A DNA stretch of 64,000 nt from Nitrospirota bacterium. GTDB lineage: Bacteria; Nitrospirota; UBA9217. Below the pieces are notes generated by a model that did no database searches, had not been told where the DNA came from, and saw only the letters and a program-made list of their open reading frames with translations. The stretch covers positions 224,001 to 288,000 of the forward strand of contig CAWCKW010000012.1 of NCBI GenBank assembly GCA_963796285.1, given 5' to 3'. Below, in pieces: positions 1 through 12,042 of the stretch. The translations under genes and the position numbers were made by a program. Each line of letters begins with the position of its first letter. The stretch's first letter is position 1.

Positions 1-177
1 ATGGCCGCCGAGATCGAACCGGTATCCGAGATGCTCGATCGTTCTCGAAATACCGCCTACGGCGCGATCGGCTTCGAATACGGAAACCGGAATACCCGCC
101 TCGGCAAGGACATATCCCGCGGAGAGGCCCGTAAGACCGCCGCCGAGGATAAGAACTTCGTTTTTCGCTTGAGTCAA
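1..177 (-). CDS. FAD-dependent oxidoreductase, N-terminal part (runs off window); paralog of 3474-4873
   Basis: My minus-strand translation from TTG at 177 (GGAGG RBS upstream) gives TQAKNEVLILGGGLTGLSAGYVLAEAG...HLGYRFDLGGH, with a GxGxxG motif. Not in the ORF track. Confidence 0.85.
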   Translation of the reverse strand, partial: MTQAKNEVLILGGGLTGLSAGYVLAEAGIPVSVFEADRAVGGISRTIEHLGYRFDLGGH

Positions 178-221
178 GACATCCTCCAAACCTGTTGCAG
201 CGCTGCTTAGTATAGGACCCG

Positions 222-1932
222 TTACCAGAAGATCGTGACGAGCGTTTGATATTCATAGAACGGGCACGCGACTGAAAATTCTTTCGACCTGGTGTACTTT
301 CTAGTTCTTTCCTTAATTGACTGCGGCACGATATCCCTCGTGCGGCCGGAAATCACCGCAATCGCTTTCTTCTCCACGGCGGCCGCGACGTCAGGGAGAT
401 AATAAGAAGGGTTCTTATATTCCCAACTGAACCGAAAGGTGGACAGATTAACATCCATATCGGCAGAAGATGCCCCGGGTTCATAGTTGAAGATAATTTT
501 TTTCTTCGTGAACAGATGCAGGATCGGAACGGCAATCGCCGGATTGATAGGGTATTCCCGTTCCGGAACAGGAAAGACCTCGACGACATCTATCCCCAGT
601 GTATCAAGAAATGCGCCTGCCTCCTGAATATTTACCGAGCTCAATTGTTTCATATAGGGGATATAGGCGAAGAAACACAGCGCAAGGGCCGCGGCAACTG
701 AGCACGAACGGCTGCTTTTACAACACGCCGGTCCTTGAGAACAGTAAGGGCGTATGCAGCCATAAGCGCCAGCATCGGGAAAGCGGGAAGCATATAGCGG
801 ATACGTTTTATCTGAAAAATGACGACCAGGAGGGGCAGCCAGGCAATTATCAGGTATTTCAGGTCCCGCCTCACGCCGGCCACGAAAAGAGAAGCGAACG
901 CCGCTATCGAGATTATCGGGCTGATCTGAAATAAAAAGGTGGAAACAAAGCTCTCAGACCACCGGTCGAGCCCCGGTTTCTGATAAGAAAGCAGAAGTCG
1001 TATCTGTTCCGCAACGACGTCATGTGTGAGGATCACAGCAATGCCGACCAGGAGACAAGAAAAAAGAAATACCAAGAAAGTATTTTTGAGTATCAGCCTG
1101 CGTTGCTTCGGATGCATCAGATAATAGCTGAGCGATATAAGCGGTAAAACCGAGAGCAGAAAGAGCGCTGAATACTTGCAAAAAACGGTAAAAACAACGG
1201 CGATTGAAGCCCCGACGGCAGATCCTGACCGCCTGATACGATTGCTTTCAAAAAGAGAGAGATGGAGAGCATCAGAAAAAACATAGTCGGAACGTCAACA
1301 AGCATAAGCGGCGTCATCATGATGAGATACGGCATCCCGAGCAGTAAGACGCCTCCGATAAACCCCGTGTCTTCATCCCAAAGCATTTTGCCGATAAGCC
1401 AGGTGAGGACCGTCGTATTCCGAAGAGAAGCACGGTGAATATTTGGGTAAAAATCCGCGTTTCGCCGAAGAGCCTGAAGATTAATCCATAAAAAAAGGGG
1501 ACCGCGGGGAGGTGGTAAGGCTGGTATCTCTCTTCCCCATTCCTTCAAGAAAAAGGCGACGCCGTACTGTTCGAGATATTTCGCCTGTTGGAAATACCGC
1601 GAAGCATCTATATTCACCTGCGGTATCGACCAACAGAGCGCGGCCACGGCTGTCGCGGCGGCAAAAAGAAAGAGCGGGCGGACGCGGGCGGGCAGGGAAA
1701 TACGGGAAATGGAAATCAGGGACGCGAAGAGCAACGCCGCCGATAAAAAAATAAAAAATCGGGCAGGTTTGGCCCCGGACAGAAAAATGATATTCCAACT
1801 GGCAAGACTGTTGTCATCATACCGCCGAAGAAAAAACAGCGCCGTGGTCATGAGTATGGTGAAAAGCGCGGGAATCCAGGCTGTTAATTTTGCCGTTGGT
1901 TCGTGTCGGTCGATGAAATCATTATAGTCCAA
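222..1932 (-). CDS. ArnT/PMT-like (GT-C fold, GT39/GT83) membrane glycosyltransferase, frameshifted
   Basis: Joined from the C-terminal part of ORF 1117..3423 (NIDASRYFQQAKYL, TPLMLVDVPTMFF) plus 650..1117 and 222..653. Multi-TM; ends VTIFW. Confidence 0.7.
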
Positions 1933-1984
1933 TGTCCATTGTCTTTTTTTGCTTCGTGGCTTTGTAAGAGAGAGACGTGAGTAG

Positions 1985-3423
1985 TTACCTTCTTTTTTTG
2001 AAGAGATCTTTTGCCACCCAGAGCCAGAACAAACTCGTGCCGCCTTAACGAGGGACGCGAAGTCATCCCAGTTCCGGACCGAGAGAATTCTCTTGACGAT
2101 GAACGATGGGCGGGAGTAGAACTTTCTGAACGCCTTTTGCCTGAGGTCGATGATCTGGTCCTTGGTCATGGTGCGGGGAACAAATGCGGCGCCCTGATAG
2201 GTGAAGTCCGTGAGTTCCTCGGAAATCTCGCCGTACTTGTCCAGGTTGTCGTAGAGCTCGGTCCCGGGAAAGGGCGTTATGGCATGGAAACTTACCGTGT
2301 CGGGATCCAGTTCAATGGCGAACCGGATTGTCTCCAGTCCCTCTTCGTAGGTTTCTCCGGGGATGCCGAACATGAAGGGCGTGTGAACTTTGAGCCCGAC
2401 TTGCTGCGCGTCTTTCACCGCCGTTCTTATCTGGTCGAGGGTTGTTCCTTTTCTGATGGTATTGAGATTTTTCTGCACACCGCTCTCCGCGCCGAACAGG
2501 ATCGCCCAGCAGCCCGCGTCCTTGAAGGCTTGCAGCAGGGGTTTGTCCACCTGGTTGACGCAGGCCGAGACGAACCAGGTGAAATCCAGTTTCCGCGCCC
2601 TGATCTCCTCGGTAAATCGCATTGCCCTATCGTAGTCCGCGGCAAGCGTATCATCGAGAAATTTGATCTCCCGGTACCCCTGGGCAAGGCATTGCTCGAT
2701 CTCCTGCATCACGTTTTCGATGCTGCGGTAGCGGATCCCGCTTTTTCTGTCCTTGTCGATCTGAAAACAGTAGATGCACCGCCTGTTGCACCCCCGGGAC
2801 GTCATCATCACCGTCACGGGCGTTCGTTTGTACGTGGCCGGCGTGGGCAAGTATCGGTTCGGGTCCCCGAGGAGTTCCCGTGCAGGGAAGGGGAGCGCGT
2901 CGAGGTCTGCAATCAACGGCCGTGGCGGATTTTTGATGATCCGTTCCCGCTCGCGCCAGATGATCCCCTCTACGCCTTCAAGCGTGCGTCCTGCCTGGAG
3001 TCTCTCTACCGTTTCGAGCACCGTGAACTCCCCCTCTCCGGTCACGATGGCGTCGATGCTTTCCCCGGCATCGATAAGACAGCGCTCCTGCACGGCGATC
3101 GGATAGGGGCCTCCTGCGCAGATGAATGCCCGGTCTCCATACATTGCTCTGAGATCAACAGCCGTCTGTTTTGCTTTTTTCCATCCAAAGGTTGTTGAAT
3201 AAATTCCGATGAATCGGGGCGCGAATTTCTCCGTTTCCCGGAGCAGTTCTTCATGGGTGAGGAACGCGCCGTTCTGGAACATTACTTCATGGCCTGCGTT
3301 TTGGAGAACTGCGGCCACATACAGCGTTCCCAGGGGCTGCCAATAATTGATCTGGGATGCGGCGGTTTTAGAAGAAAAAATATCCCGCGGCACCCAGGAG
3401 GGTATGATAAGGGCGCATTTCAT
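1985..3423 (-). CDS. Cobalamin-binding radical SAM enzyme
   Basis: QPLGTLYVAAVL and GGPYP (B12-binding domain), SRGCNRRCIYC. The likely true end LFWLWVAKDLFKKRR* is at 1985 in another frame, so the 768-aa ORF is a frameshift fusion. Confidence 0.85.
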
Positions 3424-3473
3424 TACGTTCTAACCTCGTTTTAAAATAATATGTCCAGGTCTCGGGTCTCGGG

Positions 3474-4873
3474 TCAGGTCTTGCAGCTAACATGAGACTT
3501 GAAACTTGCAGACTGACGTATGATCTTATCCGCGGTTTTCATTCCCGAGTCTATCGCATGGTCCATGTTATAGTACTTGAACATTCCCGCTCTTCCGGCG
3601 ATATGGAGGTTCGTGAATTGAGCAAGATAATCATACATGACGTCGAGATGTTTCTCATATCCTATCTCGAACAGCGGGTAGGCCTGCGGCACCCTCAGCA
3701 CGACGCTCTCCAGAACCTCGTGGCCTTTGATATACCCAAGGCGCTCAAGACTTTCGACGGCAAGTGCGGGTAAGGTCGTCATCACTCGAATTCCATATGG
3801 CATCGCCCTGAAAACTGAAGAATTCCGTTACCAGGAGCGTCTTGCCTTCGGGCGCCATTTCCTTGCTCCAGTTCGTGGGTTCGTGGAGCCTGCCGATGGG
3901 AATATTTTTCTCCGGGATATAGATCCAGGTCAGATCGGTAACGCGTGGCCTGTCGATCATGACGGTAACGGTCACGAGGTCCCGGAATTTGAGGCTTGAG
4001 GCGGCTGCCAGAATTTCCGCAGGCGGCGGCGGATCAAGCATGGTGATCAGCTTCGTGATCGGGATGCTCGATATAAATTCCGCTCCCCCATAGATCCTTG
4101 AACCGTCCCGGTCCCTCACCGTGATGCTGTCCACGGTAAAGCCGGTGCGGCTGATCCGTTCCACCCCACGATTGGTGTATACCTCGCCTGAGCGCTGAAT
4201 CCCCTCAGCGAGTTTATCGGATAACCGTCCGATGCCCAGTCCGGGGATAGAGAAACTCATCCACAAGAGAGGGGATGTCCCTTCCCTTTATTTTGAAAAA
4301 AGCGTTCGCAACGGCTGATGACAGCGACAGCCCTTTGATTCGCCGGGCCACCCATTCGGCGCTGATGGCACTGCAGGGGATGCCCCAGACTTTTTCACTG
4401 TATTCCTTGAAGTAGATGTCAAACAAGGTGCGCCCGAAATTGGCGACAACCCAGTCCTCGAGTGAAACAGGTTCGGGATTCCGGAACAGCCGTTTGATCC
4501 GCTCAAGCCCATAGTCCCCCAGGATCCTGAGCGTGGTAAACAGGCCCATGCCGAAAACCGCATTGACCGGCTCCAGCGGATAGTCGAAGTATTTTCCGCG
4601 AATGAATATCTTCGTTTTGCGCGGCACCGTGATCAGTTCATCTCCCATCAGGTCTTTCACAAAGGCCTCAAGCCGCGGGTCCTTTGTGAAGAACCGGTGG
4701 GGGCCGATGTCGAACCTGAAGCCGTTATGCTCGATGGTCTTCGAAATGCCGCCGACCGTGGAATCATGTTCGAAGACCGTGACGCTGAGACCGGCCTTGG
4801 ACAGGACATATCCGGCGGAAAGCCCGGTAAGACCTCCGCCCAGAATGAGTATTTCGTTGTTCGGTTCAGTCAC
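3474..4873 (-). CDS. FAD-dependent oxidoreductase (HemY/UDP-galactopyranose-mutase-like), frameshifted
   Basis: ILILGGGLTGLSAG, FRFDIGPHRFF, GRAGMFKYYNMDHAI across three ORF pieces; GTG start at 4873. Confidence 0.8.
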
Positions 4874-4887
4874 GGTTCCTCTCAAGG

Positions 4888-6652
4888 TTACCAGTAAATC
4901 CGCACAATGGTGTGATTGGCTAAAAAGGGGAAATAGGTAGTAAACGATTTCGTATGATGCAATCTTCCGATTGTATCCGTTAATTCGGGAGGAATCTTTG
5001 TCATTGACGTCCGCCAAAATCACGGCGACAGCCTTTTTCCCTGCAGACTGACCGGCGCCGCTTTCGTAGTAAGGAGGATTCTGGTATTCCCAACTATCGC
5101 GGAAACGGGAGGTGTGGTAATCTTCATCGGGCGTTGAAGCGCCTGGAACATAATGATACAAGATCCTCTTATGGGTAGAGAGGTCGAGCAGAGGCACGGC
5201 AACGGCAGGGTTGACAGGATAATTTTGCTGAGGAACGGCAATGACCTCAACGGCATCGACATCGAGCGTGTCCAAAAATTGGCCGGCTTCCTTTAAATTG
5301 ACGGCGCTCCATTGCTTGAGGAAGGGGCGATAGAGAAAGAAACAGGTCGCGAGGGACGTTGCTATAACCGAAGCCACAATGATTTTTCTCAGATCGCGGT
5401 TTCGCAGACTGAGGAGACCCCGGGCCGCCATGAGGGTCAACATCGGAAACGCGGGGACTATGTAGCGGACCCTCTTTATTTCAAAAAAAACGGCGAGAAA
5501 TGGCAACCAAGCTACGATCAGATATTTGAGGTCCCGATTCCATGCTGCAAGGAAGATGGATAAGATTGCCGCGATGGTGATAGCAGGGTTGATCTGAAAG
5601 AGGATAGATCGAGGCACAGGTCTCGGTCCACCGGCCGAGACTCGGTGTCAGAAATTCCGATCATGAGTTTGATCTGGCTGACAACGACGTCGAGTTTGAG
5701 CAACAGGGGAACGCCGATAAGAAGGAGGGAAAGCAGGAGCACCCGGAGAGTCGTTTGCAGCACCTGCCGGGATGCGGCATTGCCGAATTTTCTCCCTCTG
5801 CCCTCGTTGGAGAGGGCTGGGGTGAGGGGGAAATCTGAAAGAATAGGCCCGTGGTTCCTGAAATAATAGACGGCCGATATAACCGGCAAAACAGACAGCA
5901 TGGGCCATACGGAATATTCCAAAAAAAAGCGATGAAAATCGGCAAGCCACCGCTATCGCGCGGCCGATGCCACCTGCATCAACTGCCAGGATAAAAAGAT
6001 AGATGGACAGCGTAAGGAAAAACATCGTGTGAATGTCAAGAAGCATAAGCGGCGTCCTGGATGATGAGAGTAGGGTATCCCGAGGAGCAGTATGCCTCCA
6101 TAAAAACCGGTATCTTCGTCCCAAAGCTTTTTCCGATCAAGAGACGTGAACCACAGCGGTCATCCCGAAAGGAAGGCGGTGAAAAGCTGAATAGAAACTC
6201 TGTACTCCCCGAATAGTTTGAAGATCAGTCCGTCGAAGAACGGTACGGCAGGCAGGTCCATCCAGGCCTGGATTCCATGCCCCATTCTTTTAAAAAATAG
6301 GTGTGCCGTAGAGTTCAAGATGTTTCGCCTGCGTGACGTAGCGCGCGGCGACAGTGTTTATTTCGGGCACGCTCCAAAAAAAGCGGCAGCGAAAAAGCAT
6401 GCAAGAAAAAGGCAGAGTGCACGAGGAAAGGGGGAGGAAATCCTGAACGCGGCCCATGCGAATAGCACGCGGTAGAGGAAAACAAATAATAAAGTGAGGT
6501 GAGGCGTGGTAAGGAAAATCAGATGCCAACCGGTAAAGGGGTTGTCGTCGAATCGGCGAAAAAGAATTCCGCAAGAGGCACAACAAGGCAGATTAGGCAT
6601 GCTAGAACCAAGGTGACGGGACGATTCCATCCGTATCGGGGCATCCAATTCA
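4888..6652 (-). CDS. ArnT/PMT-like membrane glycosyltransferase, second copy, multiply frameshifted
   Basis: Pieces match 222-1932 (INTVAARYVTQAKHLE, TPLMLLDIHTMFF, RDLKYLIVAWLP, YPVNPAVAVP); ends IYW* at 4888. Start approximate. Confidence 0.65.
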
Positions 6653-6919
6653 TTATTTCATACCTTAATACAGTACACCTGAAAAAGCAAGAAAAAGGAG
6701 AGATGAAAAAGTAGAGATGACTTGCGCCGGCCAATATCACCGCTAACAGACCGATATGCGAATGCTTGGCAGGGAGGGAAGCGCTCGGCCTCACTTTTTT
6801 CGCACCCCTCGTAATATACTAGTTAAGAAGTTCATAACAATTGCGTTAAAAACGTGAAAAATGAAACGAAGATAATCTAAAGCGTGAACTTTAGAAAATC
6901 GCATGTTTGGATATTTATG

Positions 6920-6947
6920 TTGACTTTAGATAACCATTTTATATAAT
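6920..6947 (+). promoter_or_regulatory. sigma70-like promoter for porin operon
   Basis: TTGACT-16 nt-TATAAT. Confidence 0.55.
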
Positions 6948-7097
6948 GCACACGTTGCATTCTTGAGCGCTATTTGAAAAGGAAATACCTTTCTATTGAC
7001 AGCAAAACTTGGAGATAAACTGGATATAAAGCCGACTGTTGATAATAAATGTTCTGACGATTCCGAAGGGGCGAGACTATTTCTTAAAGGAGGACTG

Positions 7098-8303
7098 ATG
7101 ATGCGCGTTGTAAAGGAGTTGATGATGGGGATGTTGATCAGCGGTTTTGTCCTAATCGGACTGGGGAGTGAAAATGCCGCGGCCTATAACGTTATTGACA
7201 ACGGCAATGGCGGATTCCTGGACATCGATTACCAAGTTCAGGCGCGAGAGGCATTCAGCAACATCGGCGGCGGACCGACCGGAGCGGCAGCTCTAACAAT
7301 TTCTATTTACGGAGAAACCGCCTCAGCTTTCTCGGCAACGTAATCAGACCTACGGCTTTGCGCTGGAATATGAATACAACGGCGGAACCAGGATCGGCGA
7401 TTTCACAGTACAGCAGCAGGCCACCGACTATACCGTTATCATCCTGGATGCCTATCTGACCGCGGACTATGGCGACTTCCTGAAATTCCGCGTCGGCAGA
7501 ACAAAGCAGTTGCTCACCCGCGAGGTGTCGGAAGGCTGCTTTGACCCCCTCTCGATGGATCGTTCCATCTTTATCGGAGGCCCCTTCACCACGGACAATT
7601 ACAATGGCGGGGACAAAACGACACGTGATGTCGGCGTCGCGGCCATGGGGAATTTATTTTCCGATGTCTTCCAGTATCGCCTGGCCATCATGCAGGGCAA
7701 TAAATATTCCTCAACCGACAAACCCGACAACGTCGGGTACCGGTATACCGGCCGCGTGCATCTGTCCCTCCTCGATCCCGAGACCGACTGGGGTACAAGG
7801 GCACCTACCTGGGGAAGAAAAAAGTGCTCACTCTCGGGGCGGGGTATGAAATGGAGCCGAATGCGGTCTATTCCGTCGGAACCACAGGCGCCGAAAAATA
7901 TACTGCATATACCTATGACCTCTTCTTCGAATATCCCACTCAGATGGGCACCTTCACGCTTTCGAGCGCCTATCTGAAGCAGGATTTCAACGAGGCGGGC
8001 ATGCGCGGCGTTCAAGACGCTACGGGCGTCAACGGAGAGAAGAACGGCTATTACGGCAAGGTGGCCTACATGCTGGGCAAATACCAGGTGTACGGCCGCT
8101 CGGAAAAGTGGTCCTTTGCAAACCTCAGCGGCGTCTCCGATCAGCATGTAGACTGGAATGCTGCAGGAATCAACTATTATATAAATGGACAAAACCTGAG
8201 GCTCACCCTCGAAATGCAAAAAATAGCCTTTAGCAAATCGTCGGCGTCGGCCAGGGATTTCAAACAACACTATTCCAGTTTCAGGCAAGATTTTAACTTA
8301 TAG
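7098..8303 (+). CDS. Outer-membrane porin (OprO/P superfamily, ExtI-like), frameshifted
   Basis: Signal peptide, LDIDYQVQ, NNFYLRRNRLSF after frame correction, RDVGVAAMGN, RYTGRVHLS, AGINYYINGQNLRLT; GGAGG RBS. Confidence 0.65.
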
Positions 8304-8321
8304 CGATTGGAGAATTCCAAA

Positions 8322-9251
8322 ATGAAAAAAGGTAAAGACAAGAAAGTTTTTGCGGTTATTCTTGCACTTTCGGCATTGATAGTAACCATAATCGCGGTTC
8401 ATGGTTGCGCTATTTCATCTTATGAAGGGCTTAAAATAACCTCTATTTCGATAGAACCCGTCAACAACACTGCAGCAGCAGGTACTGTTACGATCGTGGC
8501 GCAGACCGTGCAGCAGTTCAAAGCAACCGGTCTTTACTCCGATTCGACGACGACCGAACTCTCTCCGTCGAGTACCTGGAGTACGTCGGATGCAAATGTC
8601 GCTACCGTATCCGCTACAGGACTCGCCGCTGCCGTAGCGCCGTCAGGAACCTGCACGATTACAGCGACAGCTCAAGGGGTGAGCGCATCTATACGGCTGA
8701 CCATCAAAAACCTGGCGATCCAATCGATCACGGTATCTCCGGGTACGGCGACCACGAACAAGGGGTTCACTCAGCAGTTCACGGCTATGGGACTTTTCAG
8801 TGACGGAACCGATACAATGAACCAGGACATCACAACCCTGGCAACATGGAGTTCCACAACAACGTCGGTCGCCACTATTGACGCTCAGGGAAAGGCCACA
8901 GCAGTTACTGCGGGTACAACCGATATTACCGCACAATGGAACGGCGTAACCTCCAATGCGGTTACCTTGACCGTTTCGAGTGGGACATTGACGGCGATCG
9001 CAATTACGGCATCTTCTTCTACGTCCGTACAGACGGGAAATACAATCCAATTGACGGCAACCGGCACCTTTGAGGACGCTACCACTCAAGATATAACCTC
9101 CCAAGTTGTGTGGAGTTCGGAGCGCCCTGATATCTACCGTAGACAATTCCGGCTGGTTACGACGATCTCTGCGGGCCGTGCAACAATCACGGCCACGGCG
9201 GAAGGGATAACGGGCAGTATTCAGATAACCGCACTCCATATCGGGCACTAG
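8322..9251 (+). CDS. Lipoprotein with three Ig-like (Big_2) domains
   Basis: Lipobox-like VHGC; three repeats of QFxATG..D....TWSSS...VATV. Confidence 0.8.
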   Translation: MKKGKDKKVFAVILALSALIVTIIAVHGCAISSYEGLKITSISIEPVNNTAAAGTVTIVAQTVQQFKATGLYSDSTTTELSPSSTWSTSDANVATVSATGLAAAVAPSGTCTITATAQGVSASIRLTIKNLAIQSITVSPGTATTNKGFTQQFTAMGLFSDGTDTMNQDITTLATWSSTTTSVATIDAQGKATAVTAGTTDITAQWNGVTSNAVTLTVSSGTLTAIAITASSSTSVQTGNTIQLTATGTFEDATTQDITSQVVWSSERPDIYRRQFRLVTTISAGRATITATAEGITGSIQITALHIGH

Positions 9252-9443
9252 GGCTTAAGGTCAGCCCCATCATGACTCGTATGGTTTTTTTACAAATCAT
9301 AGTGAATGGAAGCATGATCGATACTGTTTAAACTGTATAAAAGGAGGTGAAGATATAAATTCAATAGGCGCTCTCATCGCCCGGCAAGGAGTCAATAATA
9401 TTTTCAAGAGATCTAATAACTCTAACCAAGGGGAGGAATTAAA

Positions 9444-11179
9444 GTGATGAAAAAATCAGTAAAAGCTACCTTTCTCGTTGTTTTATCGGTTGTCGTCGTA
9501 TATAGTATGATGCTGTTCTCTGGTTGCAGCAGCAGTAGTAGTAGTGACAACGGCGGCGGCACCCCGGTGCTCCAGACAATCACAGTGACTCCTGCGGTCA
9601 AATCCATCCAGACCGGCAGCACGGCGCAGTTCACGGCAAGCGCAGTGATGTCCGATGGTACGGCTACGACTCCCGCCATAACGTGGAGTTCATCGGCTAC
9701 TAGCGTTGCGACGATCAACGCAGCGGGCCTTGCCACTGCTGTTGCGGCCGGCACGACGACCATCACGGCAACATCGGGCAGCGTCAGCGGCACGGCCGTT
9801 TTGACGGTGACGACGACGACTCTCACGTATAGTGGCACGCTCTATCAGGCCTCCCAGAATGGCGGTCATATCGGTGTGTTTTCGGTGACGATCAATCCGT
9901 CGAATACCACCTCGCCTATTACGGTGGACACAGCGAGTGCATCAAAGATCCAGCTCAACGGATCGCCAAGCGACACTGCTAATCATACTGTTTTCCACGA
10001 TATAAAATTTGATGACGAGACTAACCCCACTAAGATTTACTATTCCGCGATCATGTCCAGGCCCGGAACTACCGGGGTTGCCGACATCGGCTACGTGGAT
10101 TTGACCCAAACCAGTTATGCTACGACCAACAACGGCATAAACTCGGTAATCGATATTGACTATGCGGGCACCCAAAATATTGCGTGGGCCTTATCTCTGA
10201 TGGCGCCTGAGGAGTTCGGCACCACATCGGCCATTGAATACTGCGCATCGGGAATGGACAAGACGAATGGTTATTTTCTGCCGATGTCGATGAGCTTCCC
10301 CGCGTACGTTGATGCTGTTCCGCTGGCGAAACTCGCTACCGGCGCAAAGGGCAGCGTTAGCAACGAACTTATGAGCGGAAGCGCGGACTTTACCAGAACG
10401 TATGTCTGGCAGATCGACCACGCCATGGATAATCTCAATCCACCCAGCAACTTCGGTCAGCCCCGCTGGCATTTATTCACGGCACTTCCAATCCTGCCGG
10501 CGACAAGGTTTATATGGCGATGAACGTCGTAAGCGGCCTCTCCACTACGACCAACTTGGCGGGTATTGTCAGAACTTACCTTGTCAATGCAAGCGATCTT
10601 GAATCAGCCAGCTCCACGACGCTCGGCATCAGCACCATGACGCCTGAGAAAGTTCTTTCGAGCGCTTCCTACACCGTGGCACCGTCCGATTCAACCACGA
10701 GCGGCGACGGATCGCTCCAGGGGACGATTGTGTATCGCGCCTCCTATACGCCTGATGACAAATATATCCTGCAATCAGGATCCGACCGCTTGCTGATCTT
10801 CAAAGCCAATGACCTGAGCATCTATGCCGACACCGGTACCACCAGTAACGCTAACTCCGTAACAAAACCGGGAGCCATCACTGCTGGATTGGGAGCGGGC
10901 ACGGACGGCGGCATTGAAGTACACGATGTCATTTCGACTCCGGATAGCAAATATGCTATCCTGTCGGTTCGGTACTATGCAGACTCAACCCAGGCTGCTA
11001 TTGGGGGAGCTGGGGTACCGGGGATCAAGACCAGCGGTGTTCAGCTTTACGATATTGCCAACAAGCAGTTCATCGGCGGCGTTGTACCGACCTGCGGTTC
11101 GAGTGCTAGTTCTTGCCATGCCGCGACCGGCGACTTTACGACCCGCGCGACGTGCGGCATTCTTTTCAAGAAAAACTAG
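9444..11179 (+). CDS. Lipoprotein: one Big_2 domain plus beta-rich domain with C-terminal CX6CH; frameshift near 10460
   Basis: LFSGC lipobox and poly-Ser linker. ORFs 9444..10523 and 10514..11179 join through PLAFIHGTSNPAGDKVYMAMN. Confidence 0.7.
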
Positions 11180-11203
11180 TCTCGATACAATTCTTGATCT
11201 TTC

Positions 11204-11235
11204 AAGGGGGGGCGGGATAACCGCTCCTCCTTTTT
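11204..11235 (+). terminator. Rho-independent terminator
   Basis: GGGGGGGCGG-gataa-CCGCTCCTCC followed by TTTTT. Confidence 0.6.
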
Positions 11236-11501
11236 ATTGTGTGGGGAACTCCTGGGTACTTCTATAATGCTCCTGTCCAGATACCGGGCAAATCAGGAAA
11301 GAGGCATCGTCCGTGAGCGATAGACGCGCCTTTCAGTGCCCTGCAGATTTTCACGATAAGAAAGCACCGGGAACCTTATGCCGCCGCTGCGCGAACCGCA
11401 CGCTTGCGCTGCAGAGCGAAAGAATTGCTGCCCAGATAACTGAGGCATTATCCGCGCGTGCACAAACATACAAAAAAGCAAATTAAAAAGCTAATTAAAA
11501 C

Positions 11502-11530
11502 TTGACAATTTGCTCAAGCGAAAGTAACAT
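11502..11530 (+). promoter_or_regulatory. sigma70-like promoter
   Basis: TTGACA-17 nt-TAACAT. Confidence 0.5.
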
Positions 11531-11586
11531 CGAGTGCTAACGTACTCCGCAGTGATGCCGTATTGTTCGTAAAAAAGGAGAGAATC

Positions 11587-12042
11587 ATGGTGCTTCATAG
11601 AAAGATCACTTTCATTGTTACTGTTTTTCTGTTGGCACTCCTTTTCGGTCCGTCTCTTCATGCAGGCAGCCTTGAAACGTCAGGAATACAACAATCGCCG
11701 ATATTCGTTTCTATGCCCGGACCTGGAAAAATACCGATCAATAGCGACTATTATATAATCCTTGGTTTCGACAAGGAACCGAAAATAGGTACCGTGATCC
11801 TGAGGGTCAGTGTTTACACCAAAGACGGGAATAAGGACACCTCACTCGAAATTGCCGCTGATTCCGGCATGCCTTCCATGCGAGGGGCCCATGACACAGG
11901 TGACCTCCCCATGCAACTTTCACGAAAGAAAGAATATCTTCTCCCTATCAATATCGTGATGCCCGGAGAATGGGAAATCCGGCTAACGGTCAGAAAAGCC
12001 GGGAAGGTTATTTACCGTGGCAGTTATCGGTTCGATGTATAA
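11587..12042 (+). CDS. Exported YtkA/FixH-like protein
   Basis: Signal peptide; GMPSMRGAH and MPGEWEIRLTV motifs; AAGGAG RBS. Confidence 0.55.
   Translation: MVLHRKITFIVTVFLLALLFGPSLHAGSLETSGIQQSPIFVSMPGPGKIPINSDYYIILGFDKEPKIGTVILRVSVYTKDGNKDTSLEIAADSGMPSMRGAHDTGDLPMQLSRKKEYLLPINIVMPGEWEIRLTVRKAGKVIYRGSYRFDV

Noticed and set aside
1117-3423. 768-aa radical SAM-glycosyltransferase fusion
   Set aside because: The rSAM has a natural end in another frame at 1985 and the paralogous GT is stand-alone, so this is a frameshift artefact.
4214-5617. GT-oxidoreductase fusion ORF
   Set aside because: The GT ends IYW* at 4888 like its paralog, and the oxidoreductase has its own start at 4873.
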